Source: Escherichia phage p000y
Strand: one strand, 5' to 3'
Length of the DNA stretch: 64,000 nt
Sequence record: MK047718.1
Shown here one piece after another: positions 7,058-14,800 of this stretch. Made by a program: the position numbers and the translations under genes. The notes beneath the pieces were generated by a model. It searched no databases, had not been told where the DNA came from, and was given only the letters and a program-made list of their open reading frames with translations. Within the stretch, counting starts at the first letter, position 1. Every line of letters starts with the position of its first letter.

Positions 7058-8500
7058 GTGGTAGAAATTATTTTGTCTCATCTAGTATACGACCAGGCTT
7101 ATTTTTCTAAGGTCTGGCCTTATATGGATTCTGAGTATTTTGAGCGTGGACCGGCAAAAAATGTCTTTAAAATTATAAAGAGCCACGTTAACGAATATAA
7201 TGCAATGCCATCTATCAATGCGTTAAAGGTGGCTTTAGATAACAGTTCTTTAACTGAAGCCGAATATAAAGGAACTTCAGACCTAATTGAAAAATTGGCT
7301 GATACTCCTGAAGACCATGAGTGGTTGGTTAAAGAAACTGAGAAATATGTCCAGCAAAAAGCGATGTATAATGCTACATCCAAAATCATTGAGATTCAGT
7401 CTAATGCTGAACTACCTCCAGAACAACGTAACAAGAAAATGCCTGACGTAGGAGCTATTCCTGATATTATGCGTCAAGCACTTTCAATTTCGTTCGATAG
7501 TTATGTTGGACATGACTGGATGGAAGACTATGAAGCACGCTGGCTTTCTTATCTAAATAAAGCACGTAAGGTCCCGTTCAAATTAAACATTCTTAATAAA
7601 ATCACCAAAGGTGGCGCAGAAACAGGTACACTGAACGTTTTAATGGCCGGTGTTAACGTTGGTAAATCTTTAGGCCTTTGTTCACTTGCTGCAGATTATC
7701 TTCAAACAGGACATAATGTTCTTTATATTTCCATGGAAATGGCTGAAGAAGTTTGTGCTAAGCGTATAGATGCAAACATGCTTGACGTATCACTCGATGA
7801 TATCGATGATGGTAACGTATCTTATGCTGAATATAAAGCCAAGATGGAAAAATGGCGTTCAAAAACAACATTAGGACGTTTAGTAGTTAAACAGTATCCT
7901 ACTGGTGGAGCTAATGCTAATACATTTCGTGCATTGCTTAATGAGTTAAAACTTAAGAAGAACTTTGTGCCATCTGTAATCATGGTTGATTACTTAGGTA
8001 TTTGTGGGTCTTGTCGTATCAGAGTTTACACTGAAAATAGCTACACATTAGTTAAAGCTATCGCAGAAGAACTTCGTGCATTAGCAGTAGAATCTGAAAC
8101 AGTTCTATGGACTGCAGCTCAAGTAGGACGTGCAGCATGGGATGCTTCAGACATGAACATGAGTGATATCGCAGAATCGGCAGGTTTACCAGCAACGGCA
8201 GATTTCATGTTGGCTGTAATTGAAACCGAAGAACTTGCACAAGCTGAACAACAACTTATCAAACAAATCAAATCACGATACGGCGATAAGAATAAGTGGA
8301 ATAAATTCCTGATGGGTGTACGTAAAGGCAATCAGAAATGGGTTGAGATTGAGCAAGAAGGCATGAACACACCTAACACAGTAAATGAAAACGCAGGTGC
8401 TCAGATGCGTCAGGCAGAGGTGAATCGTACGGAACGCGTAGGTAAAGCCAAAGCAACACGTGCTGACCTAGATAGCTTAGCCAATGAGTTAAAATTTTAA
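7058..8500 (+). CDS. 41: gp41 replicative DNA helicase
   Basis: MVEIILSHL..., Walker A GVNVGKS, C-terminal LANELKF match T4 gp41. GTG start with AAGGAG SD at 7047-7052. Confidence 0.97.
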   Translation: MVEIILSHLVYDQAYFSKVWPYMDSEYFERGPAKNVFKIIKSHVNEYNAMPSINALKVALDNSSLTEAEYKGTSDLIEKLADTPEDHEWLVKETEKYVQQKAMYNATSKIIEIQSNAELPPEQRNKKMPDVGAIPDIMRQALSISFDSYVGHDWMEDYEARWLSYLNKARKVPFKLNILNKITKGGAETGTLNVLMAGVNVGKSLGLCSLAADYLQTGHNVLYISMEMAEEVCAKRIDANMLDVSLDDIDDGNVSYAEYKAKMEKWRSKTTLGRLVVKQYPTGGANANTFRALLNELKLKKNFVPSVIMVDYLGICGSCRIRVYTENSYTLVKAIAEELRALAVESETVLWTAAQVGRAAWDASDMNMSDIAESAGLPATADFMLAVIETEELAQAEQQLIKQIKSRYGDKNKWNKFLMGVRKGNQKWVEIEQEGMNTPNTVNENAGAQMRQAEVNRTERVGKAKATRADLDSLANELKF

Positions 8501-8505
8501 TAAAA

Positions 8506-8527
8506 AGGAGACTTCGGTCTCCTTTCG
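8506..8527 (+). terminator. rho-independent terminator, C(UUCG)G tetraloop
   Basis: AGGAGAC-TTCG-GTCTCCT then TTCGGGGTTT, just after the gene 41 stop. Confidence 0.6.
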
Positions 8528-8530
8528 GGG

Positions 8531-8559
8531 TTTACATCTTCCTCTAGGCATGATATGAT
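8531..8559 (+). promoter_or_regulatory. T4-type early (sigma-70) promoter
   Basis: -35 TTTACA 8531-8536, 17-nt spacer, -10 TATGAT 8554-8559. Upstream of ORF 8589. Confidence 0.6.
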
Positions 8560-8588
8560 GAACTTACACCAACCAAGAGGAAAACATT

Positions 8589-8963
8589 ATGAATATGTCT
8601 CAAGCAATTTTTACTGCAATCACCGAAAACACAACTGTTGAAGTAGTTTCTCCACTGGCAACCTACGTTATTCTTGCTCCTAAAACTATTGTATCTCGTA
8701 TGGAAAACATGGGCAAACGTATCGTACAAATAGTTGGAGCTGGAAATCAAAAACTTGATTATCTACGAACCATCAAAGCTTATGAACATTTCCAACTCGA
8801 AAAAGGTTCTCCTATCCAGGTAGAACTCGTAAATGGTGATATCGTTCGAGCAATGTTCCATCATTTCTATGCATTGAATGACCCATCTAAAGCGGTTCGT
8901 TTAATTGCATACGACGCAAACCAAAAAGAAATCAACGCAGATGTATCTAAATTACGTTTTTAA
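8589..8963 (+). CDS. hypothetical protein (124 aa)
   Basis: Early promoter at 8531-8559 and AGAGGA SD upstream. No recognisable family. Confidence 0.6.
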   Translation: MNMSQAIFTAITENTTVEVVSPLATYVILAPKTIVSRMENMGKRIVQIVGAGNQKLDYLRTIKAYEHFQLEKGSPIQVELVNGDIVRAMFHHFYALNDPSKAVRLIAYDANQKEINADVSKLRF

Positions 8964-8964
8964 G

Positions 8965-9012
8965 TTTACTTCTCCAGTAGTTGTGTTATTATAGACCTAT
9001 CAACTACTGGAG
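8965..9012 (+). promoter_or_regulatory. early promoter embedded in a 12-bp stem-loop
   Basis: -35 TTTACT 8965-8970, -10 TATTAT 8987-8992. Perfect inverted repeat CTCCAGTAGTTG (8972-8983) / CAACTACTGGAG (9001-9012); the 3' arm contains the SD GGAG of ORF 9019. Confidence 0.65.
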
Positions 9013-9018
9013 AACAAA

Positions 9019-9336
9019 ATGAAAACCATCGATTGTAAAGCAGAATTTAAGATTTTTTATCACGGTTCAAGTAGTTCAGCTAACATCGAAAACATGCTTT
9101 GTCCTCCTGAGGAAACAGGAGTTCTGTCTGAAACTGGACGTAAGAAAAACTTGGATCGTGTATTCTTTACTGAAGATATCGGTTTAGCAAAGATTTATGC
9201 AGGACGAGCGGCACGCTCTTATGGAGGTGAACCACGTCTCTATCGAGTAATTTCTCCGGTAGACGTAGTTCAAATGAATAATACTAAAGGTGCTACAGTT
9301 TATCACGCTGAATGGGCATTTTGCGAGGAAATATGA
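9019..9336 (+). CDS. small Arr (rifampin ADP-ribosyltransferase)-like protein, candidate ADP-ribosyltransferase
   Basis: 105 aa. FYHGSS...(30 aa)...RVFFTEDIGLAKIYAGRAA...GEPRLYRVISP follows the Arr pattern FYHGT...YFS...A.WGAELA...G.IY.VEP as I recall it. It has its own early promoter in a stem-loop. Confidence 0.35.
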   Translation: MKTIDCKAEFKIFYHGSSSSANIENMLCPPEETGVLSETGRKKNLDRVFFTEDIGLAKIYAGRAARSYGGEPRLYRVISPVDVVQMNNTKGATVYHAEWAFCEEI

Positions 9337-9521
9337 GCAAATTAACTAAAATTACTTTTATTGGCTGGTTTAAAAGCGGTGAGATGTTCACTAAAGATAT
9401 CATGTTATCAGGTGATCGTGAAGAAATCGAGTGGGTTGCGGTACAACTTGCTGAAGTAAACAATGCATTAGTTAAAGCATTTATTAATGACGAGAAAGTT
9501 TTTGAAGCAGATTTTCGATAA
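9333..9521 (+). CDS. dmd: Dmd, antitoxin against RnlA/LsoA-type RNases
   Basis: MSKLTKITFIGWFKSGEMFTKDI...AEVNNALVKAFINDEKVFEADFR aligns with T4 Dmd (..VFMGWFKNESMFTKEI...AEVNKALVKAFIDDKKV). ATGA overlap with the upstream stop, GAGGAA SD. Confidence 0.85.
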   Translation: MSKLTKITFIGWFKSGEMFTKDIMLSGDREEIEWVAVQLAEVNNALVKAFINDEKVFEADFR

Positions 9522-9535
9522 TTTTAAAATAACTG

Positions 9536-9564
9536 TTTACAAGCACCGCATACTGTGTTACTAT
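9536..9564 (+). promoter_or_regulatory. early promoter
   Basis: TTTACA 9536-9541, 17 nt, TACTAT 9559-9564. Confidence 0.65.
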
Positions 9565-9592
9565 CTTTCTATCAACTACAGAGGAAATTGAA

Positions 9593-9961
9593 ATGAAAAA
9601 ATTAATCGCTTTAGCAATGGTATTTGGATTAACCGGATGTGGTGCCCACGGCTTTATCCCTAATAACGTTGGCCAACTGATTTACAATCCGAATGTTAAA
9701 CAGTACGACCAACCTAAAGTTGAAGTGGAAGATCCGGTTACTGTAGGTAATCGAATGATTCAAGCTGATGCTCATGCTCAACGTTATCGTGATTCTGATA
9801 CTGTAGCATTGTCAAAAGAACAACGCGTTAAAGAACATTGTCTACAGGCTACTGAAATCGCATTCATTCGCTATGTTGAAACAACTGGTAAAGAGCCTAC
9901 CCAGAAACAAATCGCGAATAACTACGTCCAGTGTATTGAACGTTTAAACAAATTTAATTAA
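9593..9961 (+). CDS. lipoprotein (122 aa)
   Basis: Signal peptide MKKLIALAMVFGLTGC with lipobox LTGC. Own early promoter at 9536-9564. Confidence 0.7.
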   Translation: MKKLIALAMVFGLTGCGAHGFIPNNVGQLIYNPNVKQYDQPKVEVEDPVTVGNRMIQADAHAQRYRDSDTVALSKEQRVKEHCLQATEIAFIRYVETTGKEPTQKQIANNYVQCIERLNKFN

Positions 9962-9965
9962 TTGG

Positions 9966-9994
9966 TTTACGCAAAAGTTAAAACAAGATACTAT
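9966..9994 (+). promoter_or_regulatory. early promoter
   Basis: TTTACG 9966-9971, 17 nt, TACTAT 9989-9994. Confidence 0.6.
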
Positions 9995-10022
9995 AAACAT
10001 AACAAATCAAGAGGAAATTAAC

Positions 10023-10271
10023 ATGGAATTATTCGTAGCTAGTTCAGTAGCAGTTTTAATCGCAGGTATTGGTTCAATCATCATTTACATGTTGCCTTGG
10101 GTAATCGCACTTATTCGTGGCACAAAAAGCACAACAGCAATCTTCTTTGTATCTTTACTCTTTAACTGGACGATGATTGGTTGGATTGGAACTTTAATTT
10201 GGTCTATCGTTGCCGAAAAGAAATCTGCTCAGCAGCCTCAACAAGTAATTATTATTCGCGAAAAAGAATAA
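10023..10271 (+). CDS. superinfection-immunity (Imm)-family small membrane protein
   Basis: 82 aa with two TM segments. YMLPWVIALIRGTKSTTAIFFVSLLFNWTMIGWIGTLIWSI matches the Imm_superinfect pattern (LP.iIA..RG....aIf.lNl..GWT.iGW...liW). Confidence 0.6.
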   Translation: MELFVASSVAVLIAGIGSIIIYMLPWVIALIRGTKSTTAIFFVSLLFNWTMIGWIGTLIWSIVAEKKSAQQPQQVIIIREKE

Positions 10272-10276
10272 ACTTG

Positions 10277-10310
10277 TTTACATTATAGATGGACTATAGT
10301 ATAGTAGTCC
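10277..10310 (+). promoter_or_regulatory. early promoter with inverted repeat around the -10
   Basis: TTTACA 10277-10282, 17 nt, TATAGT 10300-10305. IR GGACTA (10291-10296) / TAGTCC (10305-10310). Confidence 0.65.
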
Positions 10311-10334
10311 TATCAAATCAACTAAGGAGTTAAA

Positions 10335-10628
10335 ATGAAAAAGTTATCATTGGCAGCAATCTTACTTGCAGTATCATGTGCACCGGCTCCAGTTACGGCA
10401 GGTTATGATAAAGACCTCTGTGAGTGGTCAATGACTGCAAATCAAGAAGATGTTGAACAACAAATCTTCTCTGATATCATGAACATCACTAAACGAGACC
10501 GTCCTAATATGGTTAATAAAGTTGTTGAACAACTTAAGTCTGGTGGTATCATGCAGTACAACTATGTTTTGTATTGTGACCCTAATTTCGATAACAAAGA
10601 TATCGTAACCGAAATCACAGGTGAATAA
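10335..10628 (+). CDS. sp: Spackle periplasmic inhibitor of tail lysozyme (superinfection exclusion)
   Basis: 97 aa. Signal peptide followed by GYDKDLCEWSMTA...MQYNYVLYCD closely matches T4 Sp (gp61.3). Confidence 0.9.
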   Translation: MKKLSLAAILLAVSCAPAPVTAGYDKDLCEWSMTANQEDVEQQIFSDIMNITKRDRPNMVNKVVEQLKSGGIMQYNYVLYCDPNFDNKDIVTEITGE

Positions 10629-10629
10629 T

Positions 10630-11280
10630 ATGATTTATTATATGCACAAAAACGCACCATTTAAATATGGTAAATTTCCTAATGCACAATGTTATAATAT
10701 AACGCCGAACGAAAATAATAACGGATATCATATTGGTGTAATTTTTGTAATTGTTAAAGATAACGAAATCATTGCCTGGGCCGATTTTAAAGGTACAACA
10801 TATGATGTTAATCCTGTGCCTTTCACATATTACAATATAATGGATTTGGCATATGATTATAATTGGTTTAATCATGACACGTTGGCTCATATTGAAGGTG
10901 TAGGATTTGACATCTCTTATTCTAGCTATTCATTATGTCCTATGAGCCGAGCTCACGGTAAAGATGTATCATATCTTTCAATTCGGAAACGTGTAAACTT
11001 CAAACGTAGTACAGAGTATGTTGGTGGACTCTTTGTTAAAGATAATAAAATAACCCGTATTAGTTATCCTTTAAGTGTAGGTCAAAAAGATGTTGACGTT
11101 GATTTGGACTTAACTGAAAATAACATTAATCGTATTGCTTCTGTATATTTTGATATCGATGAAAAAATTGTAGTGTGTGGATACGAATTACCACCTGAAG
11201 AAAAGGCTGAAGCAATTGAAGTCGAATTAGAAATTTCTGTTGATGACCAAATATTTAATGCATTTATGAATCGAGGTTAA
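10630..11280 (+). CDS. gp61.2-like protein (T4 61.2 position)
   Basis: 216 aa directly after sp, as T4 61.2. I prefer ATG 10630 (AGGTG SD) over the tracked GTG 10621. Confidence 0.6.
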   Translation: MIYYMHKNAPFKYGKFPNAQCYNITPNENNNGYHIGVIFVIVKDNEIIAWADFKGTTYDVNPVPFTYYNIMDLAYDYNWFNHDTLAHIEGVGFDISYSSYSLCPMSRAHGKDVSYLSIRKRVNFKRSTEYVGGLFVKDNKITRISYPLSVGQKDVDVDLDLTENNINRIASVYFDIDEKIVVCGYELPPEEKAEAIEVELEISVDDQIFNAFMNRG

Positions 11281-11281
11281 A

Positions 11282-11479
11282 ATGACTACTGCAATTTGCA
11301 CTGGTTCTAAAATTAGTGTTTTTACAAGTTTTGAAGATTATGAAGTTGTTTCAAAACACCAATGCCATATTAGCGTAAAAGCTAATGACGGTGTAATTTG
11401 GAATATTCCACAGTATGAAGGCACTACATATGAAGTCACAGATATAAATGGTAACAAAGCAATCTTTGTAATTGATTAA
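11282..11479 (+). CDS. hypothetical protein (65 aa)
   Basis: ATG 1 nt after the upstream stop. No recognisable family. Confidence 0.5.
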   Translation: MTTAICTGSKISVFTSFEDYEVVSKHQCHISVKANDGVIWNIPQYEGTTYEVTDINGNKAIFVID

Positions 11480-11498
11480 ATATACTCAGGAGGTACCT

Positions 11499-11966
11499 AT
11501 GGGTATTATTAACACTGCAATAGATTCTGTTTACGCATATAAGTTTATTCGACTAATGCAAAAACCTTTTACCGAATGGAAAGCATACGAAGCCAAAATC
11601 ATCGATGAACGTGGAAGTGTTCTTAAACGCCCTTCCACTCCTGAAGAGAAAGCGGCTTATACACCTTTTCATGCTTCAGTTCGTTCAATGAAGCGAATGA
11701 TGAACACTGTTCCAGGTCTTAATGGAATGGCATCAATGATGTCTGCCTGGAGTGCTGTAGCATCCCGCTATAACATTACAGAAGAACAGCAGAAAGAAAT
11801 ATTTAAAGAACTCCCTTTATTTGAGGATATGGTGGCTGGTGATTCAGGTGGCAGCCCTCAAGCTATTGCATCAGGAACAACCACAGGTGCAGTCGTAAAT
11901 AAAGGTCCAGAACAAATTCCTTCCAAGAAAAGAAAGCGAATTAAAGTAAATATTAATAAGTTGTGA
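11499..11966 (+). CDS. hypothetical protein (155 aa), 61.1 position
   Basis: ATG 11499 is preceded by a strong SD (AGGAGG), which I prefer over the tracked TTG 11472. The C-terminus is basic (KKRKRIK). Confidence 0.6.
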   Translation: MGIINTAIDSVYAYKFIRLMQKPFTEWKAYEAKIIDERGSVLKRPSTPEEKAAYTPFHASVRSMKRMMNTVPGLNGMASMMSAWSAVASRYNITEEQQKEIFKELPLFEDMVAGDSGGSPQAIASGTTTGAVVNKGPEQIPSKKRKRIKVNINKL

Positions 11967-12005
11967 TATGATGGCCTTATTAATTTAAGGCCTCTGGAGA
12001 ATACT

Positions 12006-13028
12006 ATGGCTGAATGGATAGATAATGAATTTGCTTATCGTGCGTTTTCTCACCTCCCTCGTTTTAGACAAATCAATAATTCAAGCACATTTAAATTAAC
12101 GTTTCGTTGTCCAGTTTGTGGCGACTCCCAGACAGATGCAATGAAAGCTCGCGGATGGTATTATGGCGGTACTCCTGGTAATGTACATTGCTATAACTGC
12201 CAATACCACAATACAATTTCCGGATACTTAAAAGAGTATGATGAAGAGCTTTATCGCGAATATCTAATGGAAGTTCGTAAAGAAAAAGCTAGAATGGAAC
12301 CGAAGATTGAAAAGGTTCCTGAACATAAACCAGAACCGGAGAAAAAGACTATAAATTCTTTGCCGTCTTGTTCTCGTCTGGACAAACTGCCTGAAGAGCA
12401 TCCTATTGTGAAATATGTTAAGTCTCGGTGTATTCCTAAAGAATCGTGGAATAGATTATGGTTCACATTAGAATGGCCTAAATTGGTCAACAAGATTCAA
12501 CCTGGTACGTATAAGAAAGAGATTCCCGAGCCACGTTTAGTGATTCCTATTTTTAATAAAGACGGGAAGGCCGAGTCATTCCAAGGACGTGCACTTCGTA
12601 AAGATGCTCCTCAGAAATATATCACTATTAAAGCGTTTGAGTCTGCAACAAAAATTTATGGTGTTGAACGTGTTAAGGAAGGAGACGTCTGGGTAATGGA
12701 AGGCCCTATTGATAGTTTATTCATACCCAATGCAATCGCTATTACAGGCGGCTCAATAGATTTAGATGTGGTACCATTTAAAGAACGTCGGGTATGGGTA
12801 ATGGATAATGAACCTAGGCATCCAGATACTATAGCTCGCATGAAGCGATTAGTTGATGCAGGCGAACGTGTCATGTTCTGGGACCGAGCTCCATGGAGAT
12901 CAAAGGATGTGAATGATATGGTAATGAAAGAAAATGCAACACCACAAGAAATTTTAGAATATATGAAACAGAATATTTCAAGTGGGTTGCATGCTAAAAT
13001 GAGATTATCTCGTTATTCGAAGATTTAA
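12006..13028 (+). CDS. 61: gp61 DNA primase
   Basis: Zinc ribbon CPVCGDS...CYNC and a Toprim-like MEGPIDSLF...DNE; colinear with T4 gp61. 340 aa. Confidence 0.95.
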   Translation: MAEWIDNEFAYRAFSHLPRFRQINNSSTFKLTFRCPVCGDSQTDAMKARGWYYGGTPGNVHCYNCQYHNTISGYLKEYDEELYREYLMEVRKEKARMEPKIEKVPEHKPEPEKKTINSLPSCSRLDKLPEEHPIVKYVKSRCIPKESWNRLWFTLEWPKLVNKIQPGTYKKEIPEPRLVIPIFNKDGKAESFQGRALRKDAPQKYITIKAFESATKIYGVERVKEGDVWVMEGPIDSLFIPNAIAITGGSIDLDVVPFKERRVWVMDNEPRHPDTIARMKRLVDAGERVMFWDRAPWRSKDVNDMVMKENATPQEILEYMKQNISSGLHAKMRLSRYSKI

Positions 13029-13222
13029 ACAAGCCCTATAATAGCAAAGGCCAAATCAACTACAGTATCCAATGGAACAGAAGGAACTATAATACCATGG
13101 GCAACTAACAATGGTGCAATCCCGAAGTTCCATGAAATAATGCCACCTACAACTATTGCAGCGATAGCAGTTTTCTTTTTATTGCCTTTAATAGCGTTGA
13201 TTAACGATGGAAGTTTAAACAT
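13025..13222 (-). CDS. small membrane protein (65 aa) on the opposite strand
   Basis: Strong SD on the - strand (AAGGAG 6 nt before ATG). Two hydrophobic segments (TAIAAIVVGGIISW, VVDLAFAIIGLV). Its stop abuts the gene 61 stop. Confidence 0.55.
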   Translation of the reverse strand: MFKLPSLINAIKGNKKKTAIAAIVVGGIISWNFGIAPLLVAHGIIVPSVPLDTVVDLAFAIIGLV

Positions 13223-13253
13223 AATATCTCCTTAGTTACCTATTATTTATTAC

Positions 13254-13277
13254 GCTTTATAAAATTAATGTTAGAAT
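13254..13277 (+). promoter_or_regulatory. MotA-dependent middle promoter (gene 56)
   Basis: GCTTTA 13254-13259, 12-nt spacer, TAGAAT 13272-13277. Confidence 0.5.
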
Positions 13278-13310
13278 TAACTCTCTTATATTGAATTGAA
13301 AGGAAAAATA

Positions 13311-13832
13311 ATGGCACACTTTAACGAATGTTCACAACTTATTTCCGGTGTTGATAAAGCAGAAGAAGCTTATTTTAATGCTCTGATTCACGAAGATAAA
13401 GACCCACTGCAGGTAATGCTTGATATGCAGAAATCTTTACAGGTTCGTCTGGCAAATGACAAGCCTGAACATAACAAACATCCTGATGAATTGGCCACTG
13501 CTGGTGATGTTGTTGATTGGCTGCGTAATCAGAAAGATTATATTGATGATGAATTTCGTGAACTGCTGACTTCACTTGGTGGTATGAGCAACGGTGAAAA
13601 AGCCGCCAGCAGTGTATGGAAGCCGTGGAAGGCACAACATGCTGAATATCGTAATCGTCGTATTGATGAACTGTCTCCTGAAGACCAGCTCGAAATTAAA
13701 TTCGAAATGATTGATATTCTGCACTTCGTTCTGAACATGTTCCAAGGTCTGGGTCTTTCTGCTGAAGAAATCTTTAAACTGTATTATCTGAAGAATGCTG
13801 AAAACTTTGCTCGTCAAGACCGAGGTTATTAA
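13311..13832 (+). CDS. 56: gp56 dCTPase/dUTPase (dCTP pyrophosphatase)
   Basis: MAHFNEC...DPLQVMLDMQ...EIFKLYYLKNAENFARQDRGY matches T4 gp56. ATG 13311 (the tracked start 13296 is an alternative codon). Confidence 0.95.
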   Translation: MAHFNECSQLISGVDKAEEAYFNALIHEDKDPLQVMLDMQKSLQVRLANDKPEHNKHPDELATAGDVVDWLRNQKDYIDDEFRELLTSLGGMSNGEKAASSVWKPWKAQHAEYRNRRIDELSPEDQLEIKFEMIDILHFVLNMFQGLGLSAEEIFKLYYLKNAENFARQDRGY

Positions 13833-14005
13833 TGGCTCGTTTAAATAAACGTCAGCTTAAGAAAGCTCATAAGAAACGTATTGACCAACTATTTAAAAAT
13901 GATAACAGTGAGCTTATTTGTAAGCTCCTGTCTAATCAACTTCAGCATGTTAGTCAATTATCAGACCATCTACATATGGTTGATTGGGTTGCAAATGAAA
14001 CTTGA
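13832..14005 (+). CDS. hypothetical basic protein (57 aa), soc.2 position
   Basis: TAATG overlap with the gene 56 stop. MARLNKRQLKKAHKKRIDQLF.... Below the ORF-track size cut-off. Confidence 0.45.
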   Translation: MARLNKRQLKKAHKKRIDQLFKNDNSELICKLLSNQLQHVSQLSDHLHMVDWVANET

Positions 14006-14219
14006 TTTTTATGCATGGCAAAAAGCCGGGAGACCGGCTAATAAAGCATTCGGCTCTGATGGATATAATACTAGACTCCACTGGAAATTTAATACTCCAG
14101 ATGATTATTCTCCGGTAATAATTAACGGTGATGTTGTTATATTAGCTAAATTCGGATATTTTATTGTCCCGAAGAAATTCATTATAAATACACCTGTAAT
14201 TAAACAACAAAGGAGTTAA
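13995..14219 (+). CDS. hypothetical protein (74 aa), soc.1 position
   Basis: In frame with tracked ORF 13881-14219. First ATG is at 13995, overlapping the previous ORF by 11 nt. Confidence 0.4.
   Translation: MKLDFYAWQKAGRPANKAFGSDGYNTRLHWKFNTPDDYSPVIINGDVVILAKFGYFIVPKKFIINTPVIKQQRS
14183..14190 (+). promoter_or_regulatory. late promoter (soc)
   Basis: Exact TATAAATA 32 nt upstream of the soc ATG. Confidence 0.75.
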
Positions 14220-14221
14220 TT

Positions 14222-14458
14222 ATGGGTGGTTATGTAAACATCAAAACCTTTACGCATCCTGCTGGTGAAGGTAAAGAAGTTAAAGGTATGGAAGTTTCTG
14301 TTCCGTTTGAAATCTATTCTAACGAGCATCGTATTGCAGATTCTCATTACCAAATCTTTCCATCAGAAAAGGCAGCTTATTCTACTGTAGTTTCTGATGC
14401 AGCTGACTGGAAAACTAAGAACGCTGCAATGTTTACCCCTACACCAGTAAGTGGTTAA
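14222..14458 (+). CDS. soc: Soc small outer capsid protein
   Basis: GYVNIKTF...HYQIFPSEKAAYSTV matches T4 Soc. Late promoter TATAAATA at 14183-14190 and AAGGAG SD. Confidence 0.93.
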   Translation: MGGYVNIKTFTHPAGEGKEVKGMEVSVPFEIYSNEHRIADSHYQIFPSEKAAYSTVVSDAADWKTKNAAMFTPTPVSG

Positions 14459-14466
14459 ATAATTTA

Positions 14467-14493
14467 AGGAATCCTTCGGGATTCCTTTTTTTG
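14467..14493 (+). terminator. rho-independent terminator, UUCG tetraloop
   Basis: AGGAATCC-TTCG-GGATTCCT followed by a T7 run, after soc. Confidence 0.85.
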
Positions 14494-14502
14494 TTTCTAC
14501 AG

Positions 14503-14531
14503 TTTACAACCACTAAAAACTGTGTTAAGAT
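14503..14531 (+). promoter_or_regulatory. early promoter
   Basis: TTTACA 14503-14508, 17 nt, TAAGAT 14526-14531. Confidence 0.55.
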
Positions 14532-14559
14532 ATTCTTACTTACTCAAGAGGAGAACAAT

Positions 14560-14787
14560 ATGTTAAATCGTTGGATTAAACCTAATAACACATTAGGTGC
14601 TTTGATTGCTCAAGAAGTTTCGTTGAAATACGGTCTTGGATATTACGATGATGTAGTCGTACACTCATTCATGATGGATGGTGAAGACGTCAAATTTAAT
14701 GCCGAAATCCGTTGGGATGACGGTGGTGTTCGTTTTGTTCGAGGAACAATTAATGCTTACGATGCTGAAGAAGTTGTTTGCTGTTAA
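14560..14787 (+). CDS. hypothetical protein (75 aa)
   Basis: ATG 14560 with GAGGAG SD, downstream of the early promoter at 14503-14531. Confidence 0.55.
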   Translation: MLNRWIKPNNTLGALIAQEVSLKYGLGYYDDVVVHSFMMDGEDVKFNAEIRWDDGGVRFVRGTINAYDAEEVVCC

Positions 14788-14800
14788 ACCAGGCGAAGGT

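Noticed and set aside
13881-13994. N-terminal part of tracked ORF 13881-14219
   Set aside because: It uses a non-ATG start and overlaps the better-supported TAATG-coupled 57-aa ORF (13832-14005). I kept only the ATG-initiated part from 13995.
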